Shown: positions 1-10,580, counted from the stretch's first letter. The stretch: DNA of 21,738 nt from an uncultured Nitrososphaeraceae archaeon (GCA_963765895.1 CAVXZB010000053.1:1-21738), one strand, 5' to 3'. Numbers and translations are program-made. The notes: generated by a model not told the origin, from the sequence alone.

Positions 1-43
1 GGCCTTTATTATGAAACTTGTCGCTTTTCCTTGTCTTCTTTAA

Positions 44-253
44 TTATCTTTCTACCGTAAACGAAAATTTAATACACGTCCTATATTTAGTTATTTTACC
101 AGTATTAGGATCTACTTGCCCAGTCTGATCTACTATTTCTATTCCATGTATTCCACGTACTGTTTTGGCGGCTTCAGTTACTGCAACTTGAGCAGCATCT
201 TCCCATCCTTTATCAGACGTTCCTACAATTTCTTCAATCTTGGCAATTGACAT
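44..253 (-). CDS. Dodecin family flavin-binding protein
   Basis: 69 aa; KIEEIVGTS..GWEDAAQ.AV.EAAKTVRGI...KITKYR...KFSF matches the dodecin pattern and size. Confidence 0.9.
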   Translation of the reverse strand: MSIAKIEEIVGTSDKGWEDAAQVAVTEAAKTVRGIHGIEIVDQTGQVDPNTGKITKYRTCIKFSFTVER

Positions 254-273
254 TAGAATCTAATTGAACTCCA

Positions 274-290
274 TTTTAAATAAAAGTTTC
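274..290 (-). promoter_or_regulatory. Probable archaeal BRE/TATA promoter of dodecin
   Basis: Minus strand GAAACTTTTATTTAAAA lies about 20-35 nt upstream of the ATG, consistent with a leaderless archaeal transcript. Confidence 0.4.
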
Positions 291-330
291 AGACAGGACA
301 CCGATTTTATCTTCATAACGGAGACATAAT

Positions 331-700
331 CTTAGAATCAGATTTGTGGCAGACTTTTATGATAGAAAACAGCAAGTATGTTTCTTATTATTATCTCTTT
401 GATGTGTTTGCTAGACATGCCGGAGTATTATTATTATAAGCAAATCTCAGAACCGGCAGAAAAAGATAGATGGATTATTAGATCTCCTTTGAGGACCTCA
501 TAATATTGGGTACAAGAAGGTAATATCAGAAGTAGAGTAAGCCGTGCTCAATCTAGGTATAACCAAAAGATTTGGATGTAACAGAATCAAGTTTTAATCA
601 GAAATAATCATTGGATCGTCGTTAAGCACTCGAACTATATGCAAGATACTAAAAACATGGTCTTCCTCATGTGCGAGTAAAATAAGGACCTATACATTTT
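331..700 (+). mobile_element. Degraded IS481-family-like transposase N-terminal (HTH) remnant
   Basis: From 466 one frame reads IDGLLDLL*GPHNIGYKKVISEVE*AVLNLGITKRFGCNRIKF*SEIIIGSSLSTRTICKILK, followed by a frameshifted HGL. This resembles the IS481 pattern GL.D.SRRP...E..I..LR...G..RI...S..TI..IL.RHGL. Several stops. Confidence 0.6.
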
Positions 701-808
701 AGTAATGCCACTTTTATTAAAAACCCCATCACTCTATAGATAGAGAGGAGACGGATAGCGAAAAGGGATTTCTTTGCCATTTACGTTAGCGCTTTTATTA
801 TCATAGAG

Positions 809-840
809 GCATAAAAGCATAAAAGCATAAAAGCATAAAA
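809..840 (+). repeat. Tandem repeat (GCATAAAA)x4
   Basis: Four perfect 8-bp units read directly. Confidence 0.9.
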
Positions 841-1055
841 GGATATTGATATGATTCAATAAATACCGAGATCAGTATATAATGTCTGATCTCCTATATA
901 CAAATTTAACTAATATGAATCACCCTAACAATTGGCTAAGGATAATGCTAGGTAAGGAAATGAATTATAGTAGGGCATTAATAATGAAAAATGGCACGGC
1001 CTTAGCGATATAATGGCGTACGTTCATGGGAGTATGAAATCCTAATCATTAAAAA

Positions 1056-2213
1056 TTGTCTAATATATCGTACCGAAATGGTCAATGGATAGGAAAGATC
1101 ATATTTCATATAGATTTAAATTCATTTTATCCTTCATGTGAAGAACTACGGGATCCAATACTAAAAGGAAAGGCACATGCTGTAATTATGACTGACAAAC
1201 AAAATGCTAAAATAACAAAAGGCGTCGTGGCATCTTGTTCGTACGAGGCCAAGAAGACGGGCGTTAAATCTGCTATGCCACTTTCCAAAGCTATCAAATT
1301 ATGTCCTAGTCTGATTTTAAAATCTGTTGACTTACAATATTACAAGCAAATTTCAGAAAAATTGATGAATATTTTAGAGACATATTCTGATATTCTAGAA
1401 CAAGCCAGTATAGATGAAGCATATCTAGACTGCACTAATAAAATTGCCTCATCTAACATTACTATTGGGCAATATGCTGTTATTATGAAAAATGCAATTA
1501 AAGAACAATGTGATCTCCTATGCTCAATAGGGGTGGCATCTACGAAATCAGCAGCAAAGATTGCATCTGATTATCAAAAACCTGATGGACTTACGATTGT
1601 TCATCCTGATAAATTACAGGCCTTTCTCAAGCCATTAGAAGTAGAACGAATTCCAGGGGTTGGAACCAAGACAGAAAGGATACTAAAATTGGAAATGGGT
1701 ATCGAATCGATAGGAGAGTTAGCTAGCCATGATGTTCAAGAACTTATGGGGAGATTTGGTAAGAAGGGGGTATGGCTGTGGCAAGTAGCAACCGGTCAGG
1801 ACAACGAGCCTGTTGTGCCACGAGAAGATAATATTTCATTAAGCAATGAATACACTCTAGAACAATTTACCAGCAACAAAGAAGTGATCCTCAAGGGCCT
1901 TACTAGTCTGGTCGATGAGCTATACGAGAAGATACACGGAAATGGTTACGAATTTAGAACAGTTGGTATAAAAATAGTTAATGCTGACTTCACAATCGTA
2001 ACTAGAGAGAGATCATTTACAAGTTATCAGAATAACAAAGAGAGCATTTCATCTGTGATCGGAAACCTTTTGGATCGATGCTCACTTTTTGATGAATTCG
2101 AGAGAAACAGTTCGACTGTGTTAGTTAGAAAGATTGGATTGAGGGTTTCAAATTTGATCAGGATAGAGAAAAAAAAATCAACTAAACAGGAGTCTTTATT
2201 AGATTATATTTAA
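1056..2213 (+). CDS. dinB: Y-family DNA polymerase IV (DinB/Dbh)
   Basis: HIDLNSFY, SCSYEAKKTGVKSAMP, ASIDEAYLD, AKIASDYQKPDG and IPGVG motifs, little-finger domain, and a C-terminal PCNA PIP box QESLLDYI. TTG start is uncertain. Confidence 0.95.
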   Translation: MSNISYRNGQWIGKIIFHIDLNSFYPSCEELRDPILKGKAHAVIMTDKQNAKITKGVVASCSYEAKKTGVKSAMPLSKAIKLCPSLILKSVDLQYYKQISEKLMNILETYSDILEQASIDEAYLDCTNKIASSNITIGQYAVIMKNAIKEQCDLLCSIGVASTKSAAKIASDYQKPDGLTIVHPDKLQAFLKPLEVERIPGVGTKTERILKLEMGIESIGELASHDVQELMGRFGKKGVWLWQVATGQDNEPVVPREDNISLSNEYTLEQFTSNKEVILKGLTSLVDELYEKIHGNGYEFRTVGIKIVNADFTIVTRERSFTSYQNNKESISSVIGNLLDRCSLFDEFERNSSTVLVRKIGLRVSNLIRIEKKKSTKQESLLDYI

Positions 2214-2605
2214 TCACTTCAGACTAATAGCCAAATGTTCAAATCCAGACAGGAGTAGCTATACTAACTATGCACTTTAGCTTCTAACAGGGTTAGTGCG
2301 TCGTATAGATAAAAGTTACTGATATCCTTGCCAATATCTTAACACACTAAACGCTCACTAAATTCTATTAGCGTGGAATTTGATTGTTTATCGTTCTTTC
2401 TCATGTAGTAGCAAATCTCTTCCTAATGCAGCAAGATGATCTATACTAATATTTTGCACAATTTTCTAACTCGACAGGGGAAATCAGTAAATTTCGTAGA
2501 ACGAGATTGTTTCCATGTCACTACAATAGCATTTAAACAAATAGTAGATGAGTTGATTGATTTGACGAATTTATGTGAGTATGATATAGCCAATCCTAGG
2601 ATAAA

Positions 2606-3195
2606 TTGTATTTAGGATATGATTGTGCTGGTGGGCCTGCTTAGGTCTTATTATGACAAAACGAATGAAAAAATGATCATCATCCAAATATAATCAAGAA
2701 TAACGAAATTCATAACAATAGATTTGGTTACTAATCAGTAAATACATACAATATGTTTATAGAGAATAACATTATCCACCACAATTTTATGTATCGATTA
2801 GATCTTCATACCTGGACACACGATTGCAATTAGGAATAATACTGTCCGTGATACGGATCTGGGTTATTACACCATTTTCAATAGTGCTGGTTCACCTAAT
2901 GTTTAGTAGAAACATGTACAATTCAATAGCTAAAGATGATATTGTATATAATGAATCCATGTGCGCTTTCATATCGCAGTGTCACGATAAAGAGATGTAT
3001 AATAATAGAGTAGATAACTGTAACAACTGAATTTATCTATTCGACAATCCATTTACTAATTCAGTACATAATAACATTACAAGCTCATTTAATGGATTAA
3101 GTTTCTGGGTTAGTAGTGATTCAGCTACAGATCAAATTATTGCCAATAGTGTAACTGACGGACTAACAATCACCATAGATTACAACTTTGCGTGA
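2606..3195 (+). pseudogene. Degraded right-handed parallel beta-helix protein (NosD/AlgG-like)
   Basis: Stitched frames give YLGYDCAGG ... NIIKNNEIHNNRFGY*SVNTYNMFIENNIIHHNFMYRLDLHTWTHD / IAIRNNTVRD ... MFSRNMYNSIAKDDIVYNESMCAFISQCHDKEMYNNRVDNCNN*IYLF. Repeated I.NN.I/V units; stops and frameshifts. ORF 2824..3030 is a fragment of it. Confidence 0.7.
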
Positions 3196-3501
3196 ATAAA
3201 TATGAGGATCTGCAAGGATTCAGCCCAATAAGGATTATAAAGACAATGGGTTGCTACTGATAGGTAATATTATTTTGGTCTATTGATTTCCTCAACTATT
3301 TTCGGAAATTTCTGTCAGTTGAGTCCAACTAGTCAGAATAACATTATTGCGAGGCAAATACTTGTCATCTAGTCTGAGACTAATTTAAAACTACTGACAA
3401 GATATTAGAGTAAGAGTATAGAAGAAATATCAGATTTAACATGTCATAAAATTTCTCCGAATACAGATAAACGATACAATAGATTAGCTATTATCACATA
3501 A

Positions 3502-3765
3502 ATGAACAGTAATATAATCGGTTTAATGATTATTATATCTATTATTTCTGCAGGGTTATTAATTGTGGTAATAGGAATTGACACAGATAATAATGCATTA
3601 GCAAAAAAATACAAAAAGACTAAGACTCTTGCTCAGCTTAATAACTGTGGAAACCAACTATTGCCAACAAACATAACGTGCGCGAATTATAATTCTGATT
3701 CAGAAGGTCGTGAAAATTATAACAGTGTAGGAGCAACAAATCCTTCTCCCTTGCCATTCCCTTAG
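3502..3765 (+). CDS. Small secreted or membrane-anchored hypothetical protein with a Cys pair
   Basis: N-terminal hydrophobic helix ending near ALA, then QLNNCGN..LP.NITC.N..S..EG.EN, a style I recall from small Nitrososphaeraceae exported proteins. Confidence 0.65.
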   Translation: MNSNIIGLMIIISIISAGLLIVVIGIDTDNNALAKKYKKTKTLAQLNNCGNQLLPTNITCANYNSDSEGRENYNSVGATNPSPLPFP

Positions 3766-3766
3766 T

Positions 3767-3848
3767 TTATTTGAGCTGAAGGCTCACGCTGGAATTTGAA
3801 GAGTGCTATATAGATTTATGTAACAAGATTTCGAAACAACGAAGTATC
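3767..3848 (+). repeat. Dispersed degenerate ~80-bp repeat, copy A
   Basis: Collinear blocks TTATTTGAGCTGA, GGC, CTGGA, GTGC, ATTTATGTA, GATTTC and ATC are shared with 16244..16319. Confidence 0.6.
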
Positions 3849-4502
3849 ATTTTTCTTGCATATGTATTTCTCATTTTCGATGCCCATATTGCCGCCTAGA
3901 CTACGTCTTAAATAGAATCCCGTAGATACTACAAAAACCTATATCAGAAAATATTTATGATTACTTTGATATACCATCTATCTCTTCTGCTACGATATCA
4001 ATCTAATATGAAAATTATTATTCTGTGCTCGTAAAATCCATTATAAGAGCTTTATCCTAGATCATAAAAAGACATTCTAATCTGTAATTTAACGATAAAT
4101 AAATGATCTATTGCAAAACGAGCTATTTCTGTGCTTCAGTTCAAGGTGTATGATTATATTGAAGGTCTATGAACGGACGGCAAATTCTCTTTCTATCAAT
4201 ACATTAGCTTCTATCTTGCGCACAGACCGTCTATCAAAAGCTCCTATATTTTACAATCAATCAAATTGTTCTTTTCACAATCAATCTAATGAATAGACAC
4301 ATTAATTAGTCGTCCGCGCTAGAGTGAAATAGATTACACGTTTCAACACGAGTTCTTCACGAAATACTCCTTCATTTGAATATTAATAGTAACAAGTGCT
4401 GCATCATACAACTAGCTGCTTTTTAGACCAGTCAATTATTGGACGCCGCTATATTAGTTAATTTAGATAATTAGTTAGTTTATCATAGTATGTCATTAAT
4501 AA

Positions 4503-4619
4503 ATGAATTCTGATGAAACTAGGAAAGTGGCATTAATTACCGGTAGTTCATCTGGTATAGGATATGTGATTAGCACTAATCAAATTATTACCTATTTTAT
4601 CAAATCTAGTTACGAATAA
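4503..4619 (+). pseudogene. Truncated SDR-family oxidoreductase (Rossmann start only)
   Basis: 38-aa ORF MNSDETRKVALITGSSSGIGY... has the SDR TGxxxGIG motif, then unrelated sequence and a stop. It ends in the HMG-CoA synthase promoter region. Confidence 0.7.
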
Positions 4620-4627
4620 CTTTAAAT
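4613..4627 (+). promoter_or_regulatory. Probable BRE/TATA of HMG-CoA synthase
   Basis: CGAATAAC-TTTAAAT about 25-30 nt upstream of ATG 4652. Confidence 0.4.
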
Positions 4628-4651
4628 TGGTAATATTTAAAGCAATGTTAT

Positions 4652-6053
4652 ATGCCAGTAGGAATTGACGACCTGGCTATCTATATTCCAAAGCTTTACG
4701 TCGACTATAAGGATTTTGCTAAGGCGAGAGGTATTGATCCACAAAAGCTAGAATACGGCATTGGGATAAAAAAGATGGCTTTGGTAGATACCAATCAGGA
4801 TCCAGCATGTATGGCTGCTAACGCCTGCTTAAAATTAATGGAGAGAAATCATTTGCATCCTGAAGACATTGGTCGTATGTATGTTGCTACTGAGTCTGGC
4901 CTAGATGAGTCTAAAGCTATGAATTCTTTCGTGATAGGTATGTTAGAGCAAGTCTATGGGGAGGATACCTTTGAACACGCGGGCGGAATTGAATGCAAAT
5001 TTGCCTGCGTTAGCGGATCCTATGCTATATATGATAACGCAAATTGGATAAGAGCTGATGAAAACAATGGTAAGGCCGCTATTGTAATTGTAAGTGACAT
5101 AGCAAAATATGATATAGGATCTGCAGGCGAGTACACACAAGGAGCAGGGGCAGTCGCCATTCTCGTCAAGCAGAATCCTCGATTGCTGAGCTTTGATCAA
5201 AAGGTTACATCCACTATCATAAAGAACGAGTATGACTTTTATAGGCCGTTTGGAAAAGAAACACCTTTAGTAAATGGAAATTATTCAAATTTGCTGTATT
5301 TGATCCAAGTAAGAAAGGCATTCGATAGTTATAAAGAAAAGGCCATCAAAACCGGTTTAATTCCTCTAAAGGTTGGAGAGTCCATTATAGACCATATAGA
5401 CTTCTTCAGCGTACATCTACCTTATAGGAAAATGGGTGAGAAGGCATTGGCTTATCTACTGCGGCACGAATGGCGATATCTTCCACGTTGGAAGGAGGTT
5501 ATAAGAGAATTAGGTATGGAAGAGCCATTGCCCAAAGATCCTAGAGGGTACTATCGAATCCATATTGGCTGATGTTGAATTTATGAAAGCTGATGAAAAA
5601 TTTAGACGTGCATTCATGCAGACTTCATTTTATAATGAGGTGTACAAAAAGAAAATGGCTAGTTCGCTAGAGGCTTCTGCCATCATTGGAAACTTGTACA
5701 CGGCATCTATGTATATGGGATTTAGAAGCCTCCTTGAATTTGAACACAAGAAGGGTATTGAACTAGAAGGCAAGAGAGTTGGTTTTGGATCGTATGGTAG
5801 CGGGAGTAGTGCTATGGTGTTTAGTGGCACTATACAACCTAATTATAAAGAGGTTGTGAAAAAAATGAATTTGGAAGAAGAAATCGGAATTCGTACCAAA
5901 TTGTCTATGGAAGAATATGAGAGACTCCACGATGGGCGAGTACTGACGTTGAATGAATCTATTCTTCATAATCGTCACGAGTTTGTACTCATAAAGATTG
6001 GAGGAATCACAGCAGACAAGGCAGGATTCAGAGAGTATATTTACGCGAATTAG
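4652..6053 (+). CDS. mvaS: Hydroxymethylglutaryl-CoA synthase, with one +1 frameshift at 5546-5548 (probably artefact)
   Basis: ATES (catalytic Glu), ECKFAC (catalytic Cys), EYTQGAGAVA, DFYRP, HLPY, GNLYTASM and GSYGSG motifs. Span is 1402 nt (3n+1); removing one G gives PKDPRGTIESILADVEF and a 466-aa protein. Confidence 0.92.
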
Positions 6054-6675
6054 GTTGCAGTGAATATACTTCACCATTAGATATCTATGTGCGATCATAT
6101 AACCAGTTTCTTATGCATAAGTTGAATGCAATGGCTTGGCTTGAGCCGAGTGTAACTTCTATAGAAGAGTCCTACTAATCTTACAAGAAATTGATGTTAT
6201 TTGAGTCAACTGCAGCTGATTTATATTTTCGCTTGAAATCAATTGAAGGTCTAGAATCAGTGATATGAAACCATTATGTCAAGCCAGTGTTTAGTGTATA
6301 TAAGTAGACATGTTTTGCTTATGGCAAATCAAAAGGGATTGTGATATTGCCAAACCTTAGCCATTAAAATCCTCAAACGAACAAATTATGGTGGATAGAT
6401 GGTGGCAAAAGAAGGAAATATTTCATCAGAATACAAAATCGACCCTGTAGGATCTCAAATTTGCTCTACCGACTTCAGCCCCCTTTGTCCCGGCTCATTG
6501 GTGATAATGAGTGTGATTTCAAACCAAACTTCACAAGATAAATAGAAATTTATTTAAAACATTAAGATCCGCAGGTCGAAATTTTGAAAAACGTATTGTA
6601 GACTAACGATCGAATAGTTTCATTAATAATGCTTTCGACAATTATAATTCAGATTTCACAACGAGTCTGCTTGTC

Positions 6676-6851
6676 TTAGATAATATTTAATTTATCCGCA
6701 CATATTTTATGATAGTATTTTTTGTGAACTCGTCCCGAACTGATAATCATTTCTTTTCTATCAAATTTCGTCTTACAGTGACGACACAGACCATTTTTTC
6801 AAGTAGAATGTATCTTTCAACATCCATGTATTTTGTTAGGAGGCTAGGCAT
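6676..6851 (-). pseudogene. Small CxxC...HxxC zinc-finger-like protein, frameshifted in an A6 run
   Basis: MPSLLTKYMDVERYILLEK / NGLCRHCKTKFDRKEMIISSGRVHKKYYHKICADKLNII*. Adding one A in the run at 6794-6799 gives a 58-aa ORF. Not in the ORF track. Confidence 0.6.
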
Positions 6852-7221
6852 GACTCGGCAATCTATACTACGATTTATCTTATTTAAGATGTTTCTTTAT
6901 GAAATAGCGGTCAAGATACTCTACCAGGAAAAGTACTTTTTCTATATCTATATAGTAAACTTCAGTTAGTAGACATGCATCATCTTTGCTATTTTAATAT
7001 CATTCTAGTTGAATAGATTCAAGCCTTTCATCTATGACAACGAGACTTCATTATTTTATCATAAATTTTAGGCTTATCTTTCATAAAGATGAAGTGCATG
7101 TGTCGACTTTAAGTCGCTTTTTATTATACTAAATGGTTCGAAATACATTTTCTTTACCACCGACTTGAGCCGCCAATTTTCATCTTATTTTCTATCGCCA
7201 TTACTTTTTATCTTATTCCGG

Positions 7222-8949
7222 TCATCTTGTAATACGTTTTATCTCTTGTTCATTTTCTTGCAGCTTATAATTGAGCTGTTTATCAGTAGAAAGAGGCAAC
7301 GTGAAGTAAAAGGTTGCCCCTTTGCCGTTCTTATTATTTTCAGCCCATATTGTGCCACCATGTGCATCGATAATACTCTTTGAAATATACAATCCCAATC
7401 CTGTTCCAGAATATGAACTACTCACAAACTTGGAAAACATATTAGGAAATATTACTGGATTAATGCCCTCTCCAGAATCCTTTACACTCACAACTATGCC
7501 TTGATTTCTCCCTACCTCTGGGTCGTTTTTCTCTACAACTATGGATATTCTTGCTTCGCTTTCTTTTTCAGTAAATTTCAAGGCATTACTAATTAAATTC
7601 GACATAACCTGTGCTAGTCTATTTTTATCTGCTTCCACAATAATGTCATCATCCTTCTGTTTCAATTCATATGATATTTTTACCTGACCAGGATATTGTC
7701 GGTTTCTCTCGCCACTCATATTCCTATGTTGTATCTTGTTAGTATATTCTTTCAGAACCTCTGCTATTACAATATTGAGATTTATCGGCTCTTTGTTTAG
7801 CTTTAATGATTTACTTTCGATCTTTGTTACATCCAATACATTATCTGTAAGCTGCTTAAGCCTTCTTGCATTTCGTATAACAACATCCAGATAATCAAGT
7901 TGTCTAGGATCTGTCGTCTCAGAATGTATAATTTCAGTCAGTCCAAGAATAGGCTGTATAGGAGTCCGCAATTCATGCGCAGCCACATTAATAAATTCAT
8001 CTTTCATTTTTTCAGACTCTTTTAGCTTCTGAAATTGAGTTTGGATCACCGCATTTCTCTCACTCAGTATAGCATTATATTGGATACTTGATAATGCCAA
8101 TGCTATTATGTTGACAAAATATGCTACGTCTTTGAGAACATGTCCTACATTGTGTGCAGTATCAAACGATGTGACTGAAAATGCCATTATTATTTGTCCA
8201 AAAATATCAATAAGTAAAGCCAGAAGTATTCCCTTATAGAAAATATCCTTTTTCTTATAAAGCCCTCTCTTATAAAAGTAAACTAAGGCTATCAAGAAAA
8301 GGATGAACGATGGGATTTCATAAGGCCGATGTATAGGAGGGTTATCTATTACTACGCCAGGAAAAATAATTACAAATGAGCTAAGTGCTAGTAGAACAGA
8401 AACTATAGCAAGGACTATCAAGGATATTACAAGCAGTTTTGGAAGCTTCTTGCTTCTGTCTTTTCCTTTTTGTCGTCGTTGCCCTGAGGAGTTTGAGTCA
8501 GGAAAATCCGGATTGGCTAGAATCGGATAACCTGCAATTGCTATAGCCAGCATAGCACTAAGAAATATTCGGCCAGCAAACCATGTTTGGGGTATAAAAA
8601 ATTTTAAAAATATGGGCTGATCTGCAAAGCTAAATGATATTATAACATGCAAAAAATCGATAGCAGCATTGACGAGAAATCCTATTCCGATAAAAAGACT
8701 AAATTTATCATTTAGTGTATGTGCCCTAGACATATAATAAAAAGCCAAGATTGCGGCGAATATTACTGCAATTAATTCAATATAGAAATGATGAATCTCC
8801 GACGCCACCCAAGTATTAGAATCTAAAGATATTATAGCGATAATACACAGTGGGATAGAAGGTACAAGAGTATATTTAATTAGGGTTTCATATTTAGGAA
8901 CAAATATTGACGAATCATGCGATAATATGCGATCGAGATGTCTTGTCAC
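7222..8949 (-). CDS. Membrane sensor histidine kinase (MASE3-like multi-TM + HisKA + HATPase_c)
   Basis: About 8 TM helices with HHFYIE, IDFLH and QTWFAGR motifs; H-box AAHELRTPIQPI, N-box NLISNALKFT, DSGEG, GTGLGL. Confidence 0.92.
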   Translation of the reverse strand: MTRHLDRILSHDSSIFVPKYETLIKYTLVPSIPLCIIAIISLDSNTWVASEIHHFYIELIAVIFAAILAFYYMSRAHTLNDKFSLFIGIGFLVNAAIDFLHVIISFSFADQPIFLKFFIPQTWFAGRIFLSAMLAIAIAGYPILANPDFPDSNSSGQRRQKGKDRSKKLPKLLVISLIVLAIVSVLLALSSFVIIFPGVVIDNPPIHRPYEIPSFILFLIALVYFYKRGLYKKKDIFYKGILLALLIDIFGQIIMAFSVTSFDTAHNVGHVLKDVAYFVNIIALALSSIQYNAILSERNAVIQTQFQKLKESEKMKDEFINVAAHELRTPIQPILGLTEIIHSETTDPRQLDYLDVVIRNARRLKQLTDNVLDVTKIESKSLKLNKEPINLNIVIAEVLKEYTNKIQHRNMSGERNRQYPGQVKISYELKQKDDDIIVEADKNRLAQVMSNLISNALKFTEKESEARISIVVEKNDPEVGRNQGIVVSVKDSGEGINPVIFPNMFSKFVSSSYSGTGLGLYISKSIIDAHGGTIWAENNKNGKGATFYFTLPLSTDKQLNYKLQENEQEIKRITR

Positions 8950-9399
8950 AATCTTATTTCACAAGGATATCCTATCTAATGTAAACCTGTCTATTGAACT
9001 TTCCTATCCTTTGATTAGATTGATAATTATATAAATCTTTATTTCATCAACCAACAAATTTATATCACATTTCTGTCCTAATATACTAACTTCAATACAA
9101 TATAATATTCACTGAACTGAGAATAAGGTAAATAATCATAGGAACAAATTGGGCACTTATTTACGGGATAATTAGGCTGCTATCATATTAGATATGTGCT
9201 AAACTGCCACTAGGCATTCTTACATATGACATTTGTAAACGACGACTACTATACTGTAGATTATTACTATCAGAGGATTCCTATGACCTCATGGATAGTG
9301 TAACTTGCATCTATAGACGAAACACTGTCTATTCTATTGGGTTCTACAATTATTTAACATTGGAATATATACAGAATGAAATAGTATTTTCGCTAAAGT

Positions 9400-10580
9400 A
9401 TGACATCTGAATATCATTCTTCATTTCAAGATGTATTTGTTGTTATCTTATTGTTTGGTCTTGTGCCGTCACTCATTTATGAAGATACATTTGCTCAACT
9501 CCAGGTTCAACCGATGTCTATGTCTGCTTTTCCTCGACAAGAAGATAATGCAGACATTCACAACGGCATTAAAGTAAATGTATAGACCCACACAATTAAA
9601 GGCTGACTATTAGGCTTTACTGGACAACTCAAGCGATATACAAAAATACATATTCAAGTAATGGAAAAGCGCCTAACGCGACTCTTGCTAGATCGTGAAA
9701 TAAGAGGAATACCTTCTGTTTTAGGAGCAAGTGATGTAGCTTACTGGATACTAGTCGATGCAGACAATAACCTTACAACAGGAAAAACCGGTGTCGATTA
9801 CTAAAAGAAGGTTCAGTGGAATATAAAACCCAGAAACTGGGGTGGTTCCCTAGTAGAGTATTCCTCTCCCGATCATTTCATAACTGTGTAATAGAAAAAA
9901 AGGCATAACATTTGATAACCAAAATTACATTTCTCTTTTACTAGATCTCAATTCCATAACTTCCACAAATAAATATAGAGTGTTGTTCTATGCGACAGTA
10001 ATTTATAATAATAGCTCTAAGATAGGTTTAGATCTTACTAACTGGGTTGACATTCCTCTACCAGAATTTACTATCTCTGTATTATCATATCCTATAGTGT
10101 TAAGATAGAAAGGTCAAAATGACATTGGAGTTCAGTTGAGGTCAAGTGCTGGTGTTTTACAACAGCAGTTGGCTTTATCCCTGCAAAAATTATTCAAATA
10201 TAAAGTTGTATTTAATCCTGATAGGATAAATAAATCCTCTTCATGTGAAGTTTATGCCCTGCCCCGCACCTTATAGATTCGTAGTTCCAGCGAATGCTCG
10301 AGTAGGTCAATATACAAAATACAATATTAGTAAATATCTCGACCGGTTCATTATTCACTTTAAATTTATTAATCTACCGGATTTAACTTATTAGTACAGA
10401 CATAGGGATGTGTTAATACAAAAACAAATCAAACTGTGTCTATATTAGCACCACGAAGATTGGAGAAAAGATCAGGAAATTTTGGACAGCAATTTCGATC
10501 CTTCTTGTAGGATTCATAGGCGTCTTTTCGACTTACATTTTAATTACCCGAAACGGCGGAAGAAAGTTAAAGAGAGATAT
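9400..10580 (+). pseudogene. Degraded exported protein with C-terminal membrane anchor
   Basis: Signal-peptide ORF at 9400 continues as broken fragments: YWILVDADNNLTTGKTGVDY*, FDNQNYISLLLDLNSITSTNKYRVLFYATVIYNNSSKIGLDLTNWVDIPLPEFTISVLSYPIVLR*KGQNDIGVQLRS, and a TM tail FWTAISILLVGFIGVFSTYILITRNGGRK. Confidence 0.6.

Noticed and set aside
4111-4296. 61-aa ORF and an 18-bp imperfect direct repeat (4249-4266, 4273-4290)
   Set aside because: TTG start and no motif; the repeat is short, AT-rich and only two copies.
4943-6098. Minus-strand ORFs 4943..5200, 5630..5830 and 5763..6098
   Set aside because: Antisense shadows of HMG-CoA synthase with no motifs.
6440-6482. Reverse-tRNA-like text (GCTCTACCGACT)
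   Set aside because: No T-loop GTTCRA equivalent and no acceptor stem; it cannot fold as a cloverleaf.
6709-6969. 86-aa plus-strand ORF
   Set aside because: Shadow of the minus-strand zinc-finger microprotein.
3997-9024. ATCAATCTAAT occurring three times
   Set aside because: An AT-rich 11-mer chosen after the fact; plausible by chance at this composition.
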